A stretch of 64,000 nt of DNA, from positions 930,001-994,000 of the forward strand of contig AP026126.1 in assembly GCA_030295235.1 (NCBI GenBank), read 5' to 3'. Source of the stretch: Fistulifera solaris (Eukaryota). A program made the position numbers and the translations under genes. The stretch's first letter is position 1, and the number at the start of each line of letters is the position of its first letter. A model generated the notes under the pieces. That model saw only the letters and a list, made by a program, of their open reading frames with translations. It had not been told where the DNA came from and made no database searches. Of the stretch, positions 14,515 to 27,935 are shown one piece after another.

Positions 14515-14760
14515 AAGAAATTCTGGAGACGGTCTTTTGATCAAACAGATATTCTGTATACATTCCAGACACGGTGACTTTGATCCTACAGAAATTCTAT
14601 GTACGTTCCAGGAATGCTGGACACAATATTTTGATCTTACAGAAAGTCTGTGTAATTTCCTGAAAATATGGATGCAATATTTTGATCTTACAGAAAGTCT
14701 GTGTAATTTCCTTTAAATCTGGAGAAGATGTTGTTGATCACACAGAAAATCTGTGAACAG
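14515..14760. repeat. Degenerate tandem repeat, about 5 units of 43-52 bp with TTGATC plus palindromic ACAGA-nnn-TCTGT core
   Basis: Units near 14535, 14578, 14629, 14680, 14733; units 3 and 4 share an identical aatattttgatcttacagaaagtctgtgtaatttcct. Confidence 0.85.
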
Positions 14761-15462
14761 GACTATAAAATGAAATTCCGGGCACGTTCGTTTCAACCAT
14801 ACTGGATTAAGATAGTTCCTCCGTCGTTAACAAGAAGAGAAAGTGATACTCTAAAGGACCAGTTACAAAAAAGAAATACAGGAATACAGCAAACTGATTC
14901 TATTAACTACCAAGATCCAAGATTATTGCTCGAAGCCCGCACCGACTAGCCGGAGCTTACTCAGCACAACGCCAGATTGAAAGATTTGAGAGAAAATGAA
15001 AAGAGCAATGGAAAAATCAGTCGAATGTCAAATTGCATTCTGAGTTTAGGAAATTAGGGATAAATATTAGGTGAATTGGTTTTTTTACACGTAGCTCTTC
15101 CAGCAGTACCTGGTATCTGGTAAGGTTACCAAGTACGCCTGAAAAAAATGATGAGTACCGCTCTGACGGAAAACCGACCGATACTTGTTACTACTCCATG
15201 ATTGAACGGCGTAAATTCTCGTTTATGTCGTCCTTCCTTTTCTCGTCCAGCGCCCCATGCCCTCTACCTCTACTACTACTGGTACCGTACGTACCAGGTA
15301 CAATTTATTCGAAGAACAGCAGCAAAGGAAGAACAAGCAATTGAATCTTGCGTGTTACAGTGAACGATTGCAAGAACTCTATTGACACTGCATCAGCTTG
15401 TCTTTTATCTTGTCGCTCGTATTGAAAGTTAGAAACAAAGCAAAGGGAAGTTGAGCTGAGGA

Positions 15463-17956
15463 ATGAATTGTGTTCGACATTTGGCCATATTTTCTGCGGC
15501 CCTTTTCGCCATTTCTTCAAATTTAATTGTTACAGCAAATCATTTTAACCGTCTCGACTCTTTGGCCTTGAATCGGTACGTGAGATAGCCGTACGCAAGA
15601 ATGTATACAGTTGATTTATGCATATTTAACGCCTTCCTTTCTTTCTGCAGCCTTATTGCGAGCAACCAAAAGTCATTCGCCGAGAGACGCCGTTTAGATG
15701 ACGGAACTATCAAAATGAATTGCGACGGCGCATTTCTCGGATGCATGGGAAACGCACAATGCGCCGCTTGTTTCTCGCAAATTGACGAATACGACATTGA
15801 TTGGGCGTCCGTCGCCAGTGAGACGCCTTGTGCCGAAGTCATTGCCTTCTTGAAAGATGAAAACATTTGTGCCACTCTCGGAGGCGATAAAATTGCGACA
15901 ACAGCGTTCTGTCAGACGTTTCACTCGTGTGCTTTCTGGACGAGAGATAAAGACGGAGATAAATCGGAATCCGACGATGATGGTGTCTGGATGGATTGTG
16001 GAAATTTGAAAGAATGCAAGTGGGAGGGCATGCATGCGAGTTTCATCGGAGATGGGATTTGCCACGAAAATCTTTTTGGAGAGTGTTACAATTCTGCAGT
16101 GTGCAACTGGGATGGCGGAGACTGCTGCAAAGACACCTGTGAAACAAGGGAGGACGCCTATGTGGAATGTGGACACGACGGTTACGCTTGTCGTGATCCT
16201 AGCAGCGATTTCTGCGACAGTGATTATACACGAGATTGCAAGCAGGATAACAGTGACAATGGCCAACCTATTGTCCCTACCTGTCCTGAAGGCCAGGGCA
16301 TTTACCGCCTGGTAATGTACGATTCTTTTGGTGACGGATGGGGCGGAACTCGTATAAAAGTTACTCCTAAGGACATGACCTCCACTGTCGTGTTCGAAGG
16401 AGAACTCAAGGACGGGTCCCAGGGTACGGAATACATTTGTCTTCAAAAAAGCAGCGCGTGTTATCACGTCGACTTAACGGGAGGGACTTGGGGAAAGGAA
16501 GTTTCATGGGACATCCGCGGGTTCTCGGATGGAGCGCAAGCTATCGCCATGGGCGGAGCACCATTGAGCTGCGACTTTAGTACAGGAAACGGCCAAGCCT
16601 GTGCTTCGACTTGCTTTGGGAGAGCAAACGTGGACCCAGCTGATGATCCTGATTACAAGGAATTTAAGGATATATACACATGTATTGAGAAGGCATGCGT
16701 TATCCAAGTTGGGGTCTGTGAGAAGGACATCAATTGCATTGACTGCCTTGCAGAGGAGGTGGACGAGCATTGCTATTCGATACCATCTTTTAATGCAGTG
16801 CTTGATTGCACGATGTGTCAATGCACCGATAAGAAGGGCAGTGACTTTTGCATGAATAAAGCTAGCCCAGGTATAGTTATTCCGGATAAAGGAAAGGAAC
16901 AAAAGTATCAAGACTGTACACCGGGGGAAATTCTCAAGGGCGGATCTGCAGTGATGGAGTTTACAAAGTGCACAGATTTTGACAGCATCGGAGTCATGGT
17001 GACGGATTTCGATCAGAACAACTTTGGTGATCTTGACAAGTTCGAAGCATGCGCTCATGGATTTGCAGACAAAGGCGATCATGGTGGGAAGTCAGCGCTG
17101 GAATGTCTACAAATACTCGTCGATGCGAAAAACGGCATGGACAAGTCTACAGGAAAGGACAATGCAGATACCGTTTCAGCTTTAGCAAAATTTATTTACG
17201 ATGACGGTGAGAGTTTTTGCGATTGCAGCAAGAGAGCTTCCGAAGACTGCCCGCTGTGTCCTTCATTCAAACACTTCAAGACGCTTTTATACGAGAGTCT
17301 AGATGCCTGTATGGCGCTTGATGAAATCGATTGCCCTGCGTGGTCAGAGTTTTACGAGGGATGCAAAACCAAAATCGAAGACGCTTTTGGAGTGATCGAC
17401 TTTCAAGGTAAACCAGAGCAGTGCAATTATGTTACAAGTGGGTGTGATGGAGTTGGGCCTTTTCCCGCTTTTCGAAGGTTGGATTGTTACAAGGAAATCA
17501 AGAGTTCGGCCTGGGACTTTCACAACAACTACATGAGTGCTTGTTCGGCAGGTCCGACCTCTCCTGTGCCTGCTCCAATCGCTCCTGCACCCGTTGCTCC
17601 TTACTCCCCTCCTTATGCTGCTCCTGCACCTAGCGGCTCGAAACCTTATGTTCCCACGGACGACTCGCAAGACTCCCCAGGGAAAAGAAATACATTCCGG
17701 ATGATGATAAGGGCAAGAAGAAGCATCACTCCCGGAATTTCGCGCTTTTTGCTTTGTAGGGTTTGGGGCATACTATTACTGCAAGCGTCGCCAAGAGGGT
17801 TTCAGATTCAACTCGTATGGTATGATGCATCGTAACTTTGGAGGCGATGATGGGATCTACCATGGATTGGCAATGGACGCATCGACGTCGTTCGAACCGG
17901 CTCATCTTCCTCCCCCTCCCTCAGCAATGGGAGGAAGCTACTACAACGAATACTGA
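15463..17956 (+). CDS. Cysteine-rich type I membrane/secretory protein with LNR/Notch-like Cys module and RRL propeptide motif
   Basis: Exon 1 15463..15575 (MNCVRHLAIFSAALFAISSNLIVTA signal), intron 15576..15650 GT-AG, then ERRRLDDG; GDGICHE..CYNSAVCNWDGGDCC; MYDSFGDGWGG; Pro-rich stalk; after frameshifts a hydrophobic segment, YYYCKRR and a tail ending YYNEY stop at 17956. Confidence 0.8.
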
Positions 17957-18641
17957 GTTCATAGCCTGTAGTGTTTTTTACAACGAGGCTGACTCTGGAC
18001 TCCAATTTTCAGTGCAGGAGTTTAAGTGGTAGAAAAGATTAGATACCTTAATGTATAATTGAAAGTAAACATGTTTTTGGAGAAATAGCGAGCCCATCAA
18101 GAACAACACTTGTTATTTGATATCAGAATCGTAATGTCCGCTTGTAATTTTGTGCTATAGCTAGACCTTTCGAGGTACAGGTAAAGCGTGTAAGTTCGAA
18201 CGAGACGTCGCTGCAGTTTGTTAAACGGACGAAAAAAATTTCACTATCAAGCATAGTGCACGCGATTCGTGGCGTAGAGGCAACCATTTGTACTTTAATG
18301 TTTCGCCAACGGCTACCGGCTATGAGGTACCGGTACTGTACCTGGTACTGGTAAGGAGAGAGATAGTCCTCCTTGTCAACTCAATGAACGTACCAGGGTA
18401 CTTTGTAGACTTTCTGGCAAAGATACTGCATGGCGATGCGGCGAGACGGCATGGTTCATGGTTTTACGAAACAACATCGAGGTACGGGCGCTCGAGAAGG
18501 CCCTGTTCTCTGAACATCTGTTCGACCTTTTCATACGAGAGAGTGTTGTTGCAATTGAATACTGGTACCGTCCTTCTTTCAAGGTCTTTGTATCTCTTCG
18601 TTCTATCGCACACTCTCAAGAAAAATTTGAAGTCGCCCGGA

Positions 18642-19965
18642 ATGTTCTGGCTGTACATGGAAACATCAGGAGTTCTTTCCGATTTGGTCTACCATTTTGG
18701 AGGTCTTGATGGGCCCACTCTACTTTTCTTAGCAGCGTTGGGTGCTATTACAATCTTCCGAAGAGAGATGAGCTGCAATCATTGTTATGTAGAAGAGCCA
18801 TCAACAGATTCTAGAATCGGAGAACGGACAGATGATGATGAGATATCCTCAAAAGACTGGGACGACGAAGAAACGGAAGAATTGCTTGAAGGGGCAGGAC
18901 GATACTATTCGGGCGCGTTGTTAGCTCCAGTCATCGACAATCTGCTAAAAATTATACACGGTAAAGGGAATAATATGGTCGATTCTTTATTAAATGATCA
19001 TCACCCGCAAACGACGGAGGAAATACTCGACGCTGCCGGGTGTTACTGCTCTGGTATTCCATTTCTCAGATCTTTTTTCGATCTCGACCGCCCCGATCCA
19101 TTCGAGTTATCTCGTTTTCGCACACATTCAATCAGCAAGGCTTCATTCCCTCGTTGCCTTTGGATGCCCAAATACACATGTTATCTTTTTGCACCCTCGA
19201 GATATTGTGAATGTTGCTTGTGTAAACAAAGCGTGCAATCGACTCATCGACGAAGGACCGTCATCCAGTTTAGTTTGGAAGACTATATGGAATCGCGACT
19301 ACGCCTGGCTCGTCGAATCTTGGGATATTGGTCGCCTGGCAAAACAAAGGTCTGGTACTGAGCCTAATTTCAGCAAAGGCTTTTATTTCCGTTTCTCTCT
19401 GGCATCCACCAACTACCTCTTGGCTGGACAGAATAACTATGATCGCTGCTTGGTGGGAATCGGTGGACACATCTACGACCTTTCTTTATTCTTAGCGGTA
19501 CACCCTGGATCACCCGAAACTGTTATGGCGCATGCTGGTCAAGATGCTACGGACTTTTTCGCTCGCATCAACCATTCCGCTGGGGCGAGACAAATTGCTA
19601 AGTCACACTGCGTAGTAGTAGACCTGGCGTTTGTAGACCCCGAAGACTGCGGAGCAAAGCCCACTAAAGCCATATCGATTGATGAAACTTACGCTTTGAG
19701 TACTTCTCCTGCCCAAGTTGATCCGCCGTCGACCTACCATTCCAATACTTTGATCACTAAACGGCCGATACTGGAAAGGATTCGGGATGAGTACTTGAGA
19801 GAAGAAATCGCACACAAAGCATTGGCATCTTTTATGGAAATTCCGGCTCTTCTGGGCGACGTTAATGTATATTATGATCCTCTGGCAATGAAATGGAAAG
19901 CTTGGTACACGAGCAAACAATTTGAGAGAATCTTCATCGATTTCAACAACAATGTAAAACAATGA
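18642..19965 (+). CDS. Protein with N-terminal TM segment, F-box-like segment and cytochrome b5-like heme-binding domain
   Basis: IGGHIYDLSLFLAVHPGS...AGQDATDFFARINHS (b5 HPG and HS ligands); FLHPRDIVNVACVNK..VWKTIW is F-box-like; frameshift at about 19140-19190. Confidence 0.7.
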
Positions 19966-20031
19966 ATAGAAAGAACGCCTTGCATAAGCAATAAAAGATA
20001 AACTAACCACGAAAGAAAGTAGTAGAACAAT

Positions 20032-23000
20032 TCATCGGCGAGCGACAGCGAAAGAATGAAACACATCCATTACCCGAGGCGCGATAGCACTCAAACAATC
20101 AGTGATCAATCCTGTGAAGTGTTTCTCAGCCTGCTCATCCGTCAAATCTAAACGATAACGTTGTTCGAAGCTCGCTATAACAAAATCCGCGTCTCCTGCA
20201 GGGTTGTTGCAGAGATCCTCGATTTCTGCGTCCGCCATCAAATGTACCAAATTCAATACCAAGCTAGCTGATTTTCTGAGCGCGTTATACGCTTGACAAG
20301 CAAGGGAACAAAATTGCCGATACTCAGTCGAATCAATACCACCCATACCATCAACCATCTAAGAGTGTGTCAGTTATAAGTTCTTAAACGATACAGTATC
20401 TGCAGAACATACTCACCTCACGAGTGAGACGGAAGGCAGGAGGCAAAGGCTTTGGATCTGTTGAGGATGCAAGGGTGAGAACAAATCACTTCTTCAATAA
20501 GAATATCAATTAAGTGAGTCACTGTTTACCTCTCCCAAAAATAAAGCCAAAGCTGCAAGGATTTCACAGTTAGAAGCAAGTGCATTGAGTTGTCAGTGCA
20601 GTTGCGATACGAGAAGATACGTACTCAATATGAAAGAAGTGACCAGTGTTCCTGAGAAGAATGTTATCCAAGTGACGATCTCCAACTCCCAACAAGTACG
20701 TTATAACGCAATATCCTGCGCAACTTCGAATGTAGGTGGACATGACATCAGGTTGGACGTCATACTTAGCACCTTTCTGTGGCGCAACAGACTGAAAGAA
20801 GTGAAGGATAGAACCATTGTGCTTCGACAGAACCTGGGAGATCGGCATAGAATTTGCCACGAATTCAACCAAACCGGAGGATGGAGATGTAGCGATTATC
20901 GAGTAAGGCGATAAACAAAGATCCAACGCAGACTTTTTTAAGCAAACGGTCCATAAGCTGTATCATCATAATCACCAGTTGGTCCTGGCGCAAGTCGTCT
21001 CCTGTTTTGACAATCACTTTATACGTGATCCCACCACCACTTCGGAGTAACGAGGATATGCTTTTAAGCTTTTCGTTTTGTTTAGGGACTGTTGATGCTT
21101 CGCCGTGAAGTGTGCCCTCGACATGAAACTCCAAAAGTGCCGGGTATAAAGCTGACTTGAACATCACAGCCGTCTCTGGGCGGACCCCGTTCACCAAAAC
21201 TTCGGGAGATGATGGCAACGGCACGGGGTCGCGTTTTTTGTCTTTATTATAATTCTCTTTGGCCAAAAGCAACTTTAGTTCGCTTTCTTTCGAGTCTTTT
21301 TGCCACGAGCATCACGACAGCGTCGCTGTAAGTCAAGAAGTCCAGAAATAAAGCTGTCCTGTAATACCAAAACATCCCACATTGAGCGATGTCCTCGGCT
21401 GTGAGTGTCGTCCCCTTCAGTGGTACCAGACTCTGTACCTCTCAACGTCGAGCCAATTTTCGATACGGATCCTACAATCGATTTCAGTTTTGTGGTCGAT
21501 GAAGACTCCGAGCCACCGTCGACGTCAATCTTTTGCTTGAATGGTGTCGCATCGAGCTTTGTCATTAATGCTGCTAAAACATCACGGTACCTAGATCCAT
21601 GCGTAGGGTGCTGGGTTTCCACCTTCAGATACCTATCGACAAATGAGAATGTATGTTTAACAAAGAAAAATCAAGGGGTCCTCATTCAGTAACTTACCAA
21701 TAAAGATAGTTGGCTAGCTCCATACTCATGGCAGCCCTATTTATAAGGAATGCAGCAAGAGAAGAGACAGATTGCGTTGACGCAGAGTCTATAGCTTTAG
21801 CTCTGGTCGCGCTGACGCTTGTTGGACTGGCCCTATTGGAGGATCCGTTGCTTTCGTACTTTAATGCCTGTACTAATTGAAGCAAGTACAAACGGAGCTC
21901 ACTGTCAGGAGCGGCAGCTAAGGTATCAATAGCATAGTCGCGAACTAGATTCGTTTGAAACGCAACATGCTTTCCTAACAGCTTCAGCGCATCTGTGACT
22001 TCAATAGGGCTACGCTTCCTCCACTGTTCTAGTAACTCTGCTGCTTGGACAACTTCGCTCTCCACTGTCCAGTCGACAGCCAGCAAAAACTTGGTAAGCG
22101 CACGTCGGTTTTCAACTAAACTGAATCGAAAGCGCCATAGCAAATCTTTTTCTTCTCGTGAAGGGTGCAAAGACGGCGAATCGATAATAGCAGTAAGCCT
22201 CGCACGCTGCTCTCGATCGGGTTTTAGAGCAGGGTCCACAAGACCCCGTATGACATCGTGCGCTAGAGTCCGGTATTTATCTTCCACTGAATTGTCGTTT
22301 TCGTTTTCATATTCTAGAATTGTCACCAACTGCAGCGGATGGAAAAGATCTGGGTCGAAAACGTCGGTAGAGTGACTGTCGTGCTTTTGGTGCAGAACTA
22401 AATCCAGAGGTGTGACGGCTCCAGACGCACCATTAGATGGAACAGGATAAAAAGTTTCTTCAAATAAAATAGGTATATCGAACGTGGGCAGTTCAACAAT
22501 CAATGACGCTTGGAGCTCGTCGTCAGGATCTGAGACTGGTAATGATTGATCTTCCGCAGCGTCTTTCAAGATTTCAAGCGCTCGTGCCTTTGTCAAGCCA
22601 TCAAGCCACGGTATCGAAGGGGGATCTCCGAACGATAGAACTTGTACAGGCGGGCGTTCCTCAAACCTAGTTATTTTGTCTAAAACTTGCGATGCTTCCC
22701 ATATTATGTCTGATTTCTCCTCTCCGTCATGGCAGAGACCCAAGTTAATGTCGCTGCGCAACAATCCCTTCTTGACAAGAATTCTTCGCAAACCCGTCAA
22801 AAGCTTTCCGTATTGGCTGAAGAAGGGCATGCTACCTTGGTAGACTCTAACATCTCCTTCAATAATGTCGAACACTAAATATGCGTCCCGTGGCAAATCT
22901 CTCCATCGTATGGGGATCTGAATTAAATAATCCCAGTAGCAATCGTGCGACGCTGACGAAACAGTTGGGTATATTTTCTTCGAAGTAGTTCCACCCAGTG

Positions 23001-23300
23001 CTGCATTTATTTCCTTACTGGCTGAATTTCTTCTTCGCCTCGAGTGCAACCTTGACGCGGGTGTTTGAGCTGCAACGGGCACCAAGGAAATACCCCCACG
23101 CCATATATTCGTACGCTAACTTTCCATTCATTTGTCTCGTCTTTTAACAAATCATCAATGGTGGCATGTGCGGACCGAATCGTGAGGCAAACATGAGAAG
23201 CTTGTGACAATGCTGTGTGCGGCATCCACGCCACATTGACCCACTTATCGTTGCCAACATCAGCATTTGCTTGCTGCGGTAGGCCAGGCCTGGTCACCAT
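20032..23300 (-). CDS. VPS34: Class III phosphatidylinositol 3-kinase Vps34
   Basis: C2 domain ([12 protein letters not shown]), helical domain ([17 protein letters not shown]), kinase [25 protein letters not shown](D)FGFIFGRDPKP; multiple introns including small exons near 20417-20552. Confidence 0.95.
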
Positions 23301-24032
23301 TATTATCAAGTATCTCTTTAGTCGCAGAAGTAAAAAGTATAGCACTGCTAATGACTGAGAGAACAATAAGTTGCCTTATTCATGCGTTCATTCGATAGAA
23401 TACCAGTACAAGGTACTACGTACAAGTACCTTGTAGGAGTGAAAAAAGTGCTCAGCAGGCGCACGTGACTGAAAAGCAGTCGTGGTAAAGTTGACAATAC
23501 TAATTAGTCTATACACAAAGTATTACAAACGGAAGACATTAGTGACGACTCGCAAGAATTTTCGACTGAAAGGTTCGAGACTTTTTTCGAGAAGTCTTGC
23601 ATCTACTGCTAAATACTTTTGTATTGTACACGAAGCAATAAAGAAGACTTGACAATCTTGCAGGAAATCAATAGTTCAGGTAAAACGTAGCAGTCTGGCT
23701 CGGAGGGACAACGGTTCGTGACTCAAATGCATTCGCGGTGAAAGGTCGTCTATATTTCAGGCTACAAGTATAGTAAAATAAAAAAGACAGTGATTCGTGA
23801 GGTTTTTCGGCATTGTATAAATAGATGTATGCATTACGAATACTGAAGGGAATGATATTATTAGAGAGACAAGGGTGATTCACGAACCAGCGGAGCGATA
23901 AAACGAAGAATGCGGGCTGGCGATGGTAGTACCTAGAAATAATATAGCATTTCTAGAGGTAGTACGTAGTAGCACTATCAACAAAATGACATGTTGGGAA
24001 CTCCAGTACTAGCTTGTGATAACGAGGCATCT

Positions 24033-25399
24033 TTAAAACTTCACCTCCATAAAGACATCCCCGGGATCTTTTGTCTCTGTCTCTTCATGCTGCACACTAG
24101 AATCATCCACAGAAAGAGCAGGCTGCACCGCCCTTCCACCGCCTATGGGTGCATGGTGAATCGACCAGAAGTCAGCGATCTCTTCACGCGTGCAAATCCA
24201 CACCTCTCTTCCATAGCTCTTTGCAAAATCCATGAACTCAGAGATGGCAGCGACGCGACCAGGACGAGCAAGTCTACAGTGAAGACCAACGGTCATCATT
24301 TTGGGATGTCCAGCTCTACCCTCTTCGACTAGATATCTGAATTGAACATCAAGGGATGGTGAGAAATCGTCTAGATGAAGCTATTTTTTCAAAGCATTGC
24401 CAAAGCACATACCTTAAATTGTTCTTCAGATAAGTGCAAAAATCGTCGCCGCTCGAAAAGCCACCCGGCGAGACGAATTTCATGTCATTCTCGCTCAAGG
24501 TGTAAGGAATTATCAGATGCGGAAAGCCTCCTTCGAAAGTCCAATAAGGCAAATCATCAGCGTAAGAATCAGAATCATATTTGAATCCCCCCTCTTCCAT
24601 GACGTATTTCCGAGTGTTAACATTCGGCTTCGCGTGCGCATTATAAGATAAGAAATTTTACTTAACCACGACACTTCTTTCTTTTTTCGCTGATGAAACT
24701 CACCTTGCCTTGATAGAAACCCGTCGGGCGCTTCCCGATGAGGCGCTTATGTATTTCAACAGTACGTTTAATATGCTCTCGCTCGGTTTCCTCATCAACG
24801 TCTTGGTAATCAATCCAGCGATAGCCATGAGAAGCAATTTCCCAGCCGGGAGCTTCTTTCAATGCATGGCAAATGGCAGGATTGCGCTCCAGTGCCATAC
24901 CGACGGCAAAGACTGTTGCTGGGATTTTCTTTCGGAGAAAAAGCCGATGAAGCCGCCAAAAGCCTGCTCGACTGCCGTAGTCATACAAGCTTTCCATGTT
25001 ATAGTGTCTTTTGTCCTCTTCAAACAAAGAATCACAATCAGAAACGCACACTTTATTTCCCATCAACGTAACAACAACTTCTTTGCTTCACATACCTAAA
25101 GCGGCTGCGCCAACGATTTCAGAGAGCAATTTCTCAGATTCTTTGTCACCGTGCAAGAGACATCGCTCTCCTCCTTCTTCGTAGTTAATGACAAAGTTCA
25201 GGGCTACTTTTCCGTACCCGGGCCATTTTGGGATCGGCGTTTTCTCTCCGTAACCCAAAAGATCGCGTCCTCCGTATTTGGTGAGACCGTCGTTTTCGTG
25301 ATGGCTTTTCCACACTTGCGGAGAAGCCTTCTTTCGGTCCGACATGGCAGATGCTTTCTTTTTTGAAGGCGGGTCGGGCCTTACAGACGTTGGATCCAT
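24033..25399 (-). CDS. puuE: Allantoinase PuuE (polysaccharide deacetylase fold)
   Basis: RDLLGYG..PKWP..VALNFVINYEEGGE, MESLYDYGSRAGFWRL, EIASHGYRWIDY, YDSDSYADDLPYW, MMTVGLHCRLARPGR, REEIADFW; 3 GT-AG introns. Confidence 0.9.
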
Positions 25400-25776
25400 C
25401 CTGCTCAACAACCCTTTGTTTGATTGCCCCTCACGAGGTGGAGGTTTGGTGGTCTTCTCGTTACTAGTCAAAGCAAAACAAAAGAAATCGCGCTCAACGG
25501 AAAGATCCGTCTGTACCTCGCACGGACGAGGTGGCTTTTATTATTATTTCACTTTCATGTCAAAAGTCAAAAGTGTCCAGTACTTGTCCTTTCACGTTTT
25601 TAGATCACCTACTCAAATGCGACTAAAGTCCTTTCACGAGTTTTAGCGCACCTACTTAATGGCAACAACTAGTTACGGAGTAGTTTGAAATACTGGTACT
25701 TTACATGAGATATCTCATGAATAGCCAGAAATGCACATGCTTGTACAGCAAAAACAGAAACTAAATTACAAAATTA

Positions 25777-27287
25777 TCATCTCGCAGCTGCGTTTATCAC
25801 AGTTGCAAGTACCAACGAACTATCCGTGTCCTGTTCGGAATCGTTCGTGACGTTCCCTTCCACGAGGACACTCATTTTGCACAGAGGACAACAACCCTGT
25901 CGCTCCAGTAACCATGGTCTAATGCAATCGTTGTGAAAGGCGTGTCGACACCGAGGTAGAAGAGTTAACCTTTCCCCCACCTCGAAGTCGTCTATACAGA
26001 TGGAGCATTCGGTACAAATGGTTTTCAGCGTTGAAATGACTGGCAGTGGCGACTCGTTCTGTACGCTATCAGCGCCGGACTGAACGACGTCCTCGTTTGA
26101 TGGTTGGGGAGGAGTTAGAATGAGTTCGCTTTCCATCACCGGAGAAATAGTAGACGATGCAACCTTATCGTTGCTGCCCAATTCCAAATCATCTTCTGTA
26201 GCGCGTGGGTCAACCGCCTTGTCGCTGCCATCGTCGTGTCCGTCGTCCGGCGCAACAATTACATCACCTTCAACGGGAACAGCCTCGTAAATGATTTGTG
26301 GAAGCTCGTTGAACTGAGCAAGCGTTAGAGTTTCACTAGAGGGTGTAACAGGTCGTGGCGGCCTGCCATGTGACAGCCAGTATGGCATGGGGCTAGATGG
26401 CATCACGGAGAATTGTGAGTAAGACAAGGACACACGACAATCCTGGAGACGTTGAACTTACGGAATATACTGCAAACCAACGACCCTGCCCAAATCGTTA
26501 CGGCGAAAGTGGAGGCGGCCTCCTCCAGCATAGAAGAGGTAAATGGCTCGGATACATGGCGAAACGAGTAGCAAGGAAAAAAGTGTATACCGGATCCAGT
26601 CGTAGTCATCTTGACCATAGTAATCATCCGAACGAGCGTTCCTATCATCACTATCCACGCCTACAGGTTCCCACTCACCCACAATAGAGTGGACGAACGA
26701 CCACTGCTCGTTACCAGGATGCAAAAGAATACGCTTTCTCCAGAGGCGAATTCGTCCATCCGCCTGGCAAACTCCTGGAGCTCCAAGAAAGGGAGATACG
26801 TCAAAGAGATTTCGTTTAACTCTTTCGGAGCATTCTCTTCATCGGGTTTTAGCAGCAAGAAATAACCCATGTATCTCGGCTCCTCTTCATAGACAATGAG
26901 CATTTTCAGAGAACTAGAAATTTGTTTTTGCATTTCAAGAAGAACGTTCGCCCGATGTTGGTTAGAACAGGGAGAAGACCGAGGAACGAGAAGTGCTATA
27001 GGATGCGATATGCTATCGATTCGTTCTTGCAATTCTTCTTCGGTGCTGTTTATTGCTGTCAAGTTGGGATAGCTGCAGAGATGTCGGTCATCAGGTGGTA
27101 ACATAACATTAAATGCTGTTTCATTTTGTAGCTGGTCACCGAACGTTGCCATCAAAACTTGATATGAGTTTTCTGTCTTATTTTTCTCAACAAGAAACCT
27201 CCCTCCTGGTTTTTCTGCCAAGCAAACTGTAGCACTAGCGATAATGACAACAAATAAGAAGTCACGTCGACATCTCCACCCAAACAT
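25777..27287 (-). CDS. Signal peptide - PA-like domain - TM - RING-H2 E3 ubiquitin ligase (PA-TM-RING type)
   Basis: CSICIDDFEVGERLTLLPRCRHAFHNDCIRPWLLERQGCCPLCK; N-terminal signal, ATFG and IALLVPRSSPCS PA-like motifs; TM near WIRYTLFSLLLVSP; frameshifts. Confidence 0.8.
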
Positions 27288-27935
27288 ATTGTTGTCGATT
27301 TAGAATCGTTTCCCCCCAAAATCGATCGTTTCACCTTCTCCACTGTTCAATGAACTAATATTCTTGTGTTTATGTAATGATCGTTACTTGTTACTTCTGT
27401 CGGATTGAGCAGGTTTTATGGAATAACGGAGGGGAGGATGAGAGGAGTCGTTTTGCAATTTTCTCCGATGCGTGCAGCGCAGCGATCATTCTTCGTTTTC
27501 TTTTTAGCTTTCGCGGAACACACCGCGTTTCGAATTCGAAACCCGCGAATGAGGACTGCCGGCAGTCGAGTGTAGTGGCACTTTGTACAGGTACTGATCG
27601 TACGTAGTACTGTTGGCCAAGCGACATGGGTGACGAACGTTTGACTGGTGACTGAGATTGACGCGGGAACGGGGAACACACACAACCTCTTAGAAAAAAT
27701 GGATCCCAACTGAGATGAGCATGCACAAGAACGAGCGACAACTAAAGCTAATCCATCTTTATTTGTTTGGATTCTCGACAGACTTCTCATTATATTGGTG
27801 TCGGATTGTTTTACAAACGTAACAGGTGCCCTTAGTCTGCGTTTGTTGCATATTAAATTATTGTCTAGAGTGCCTTAGAACACAAAGTTTTAAGCACATG
27901 CAAAGATGATTCAAATGATTTGCATTCATTCAAGC

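Noticed and set aside
15694..17670. Long antisense ORFs (257, 192, 108 aa)
   Set aside because: Shadow frames of the Cys-rich plus-strand gene.
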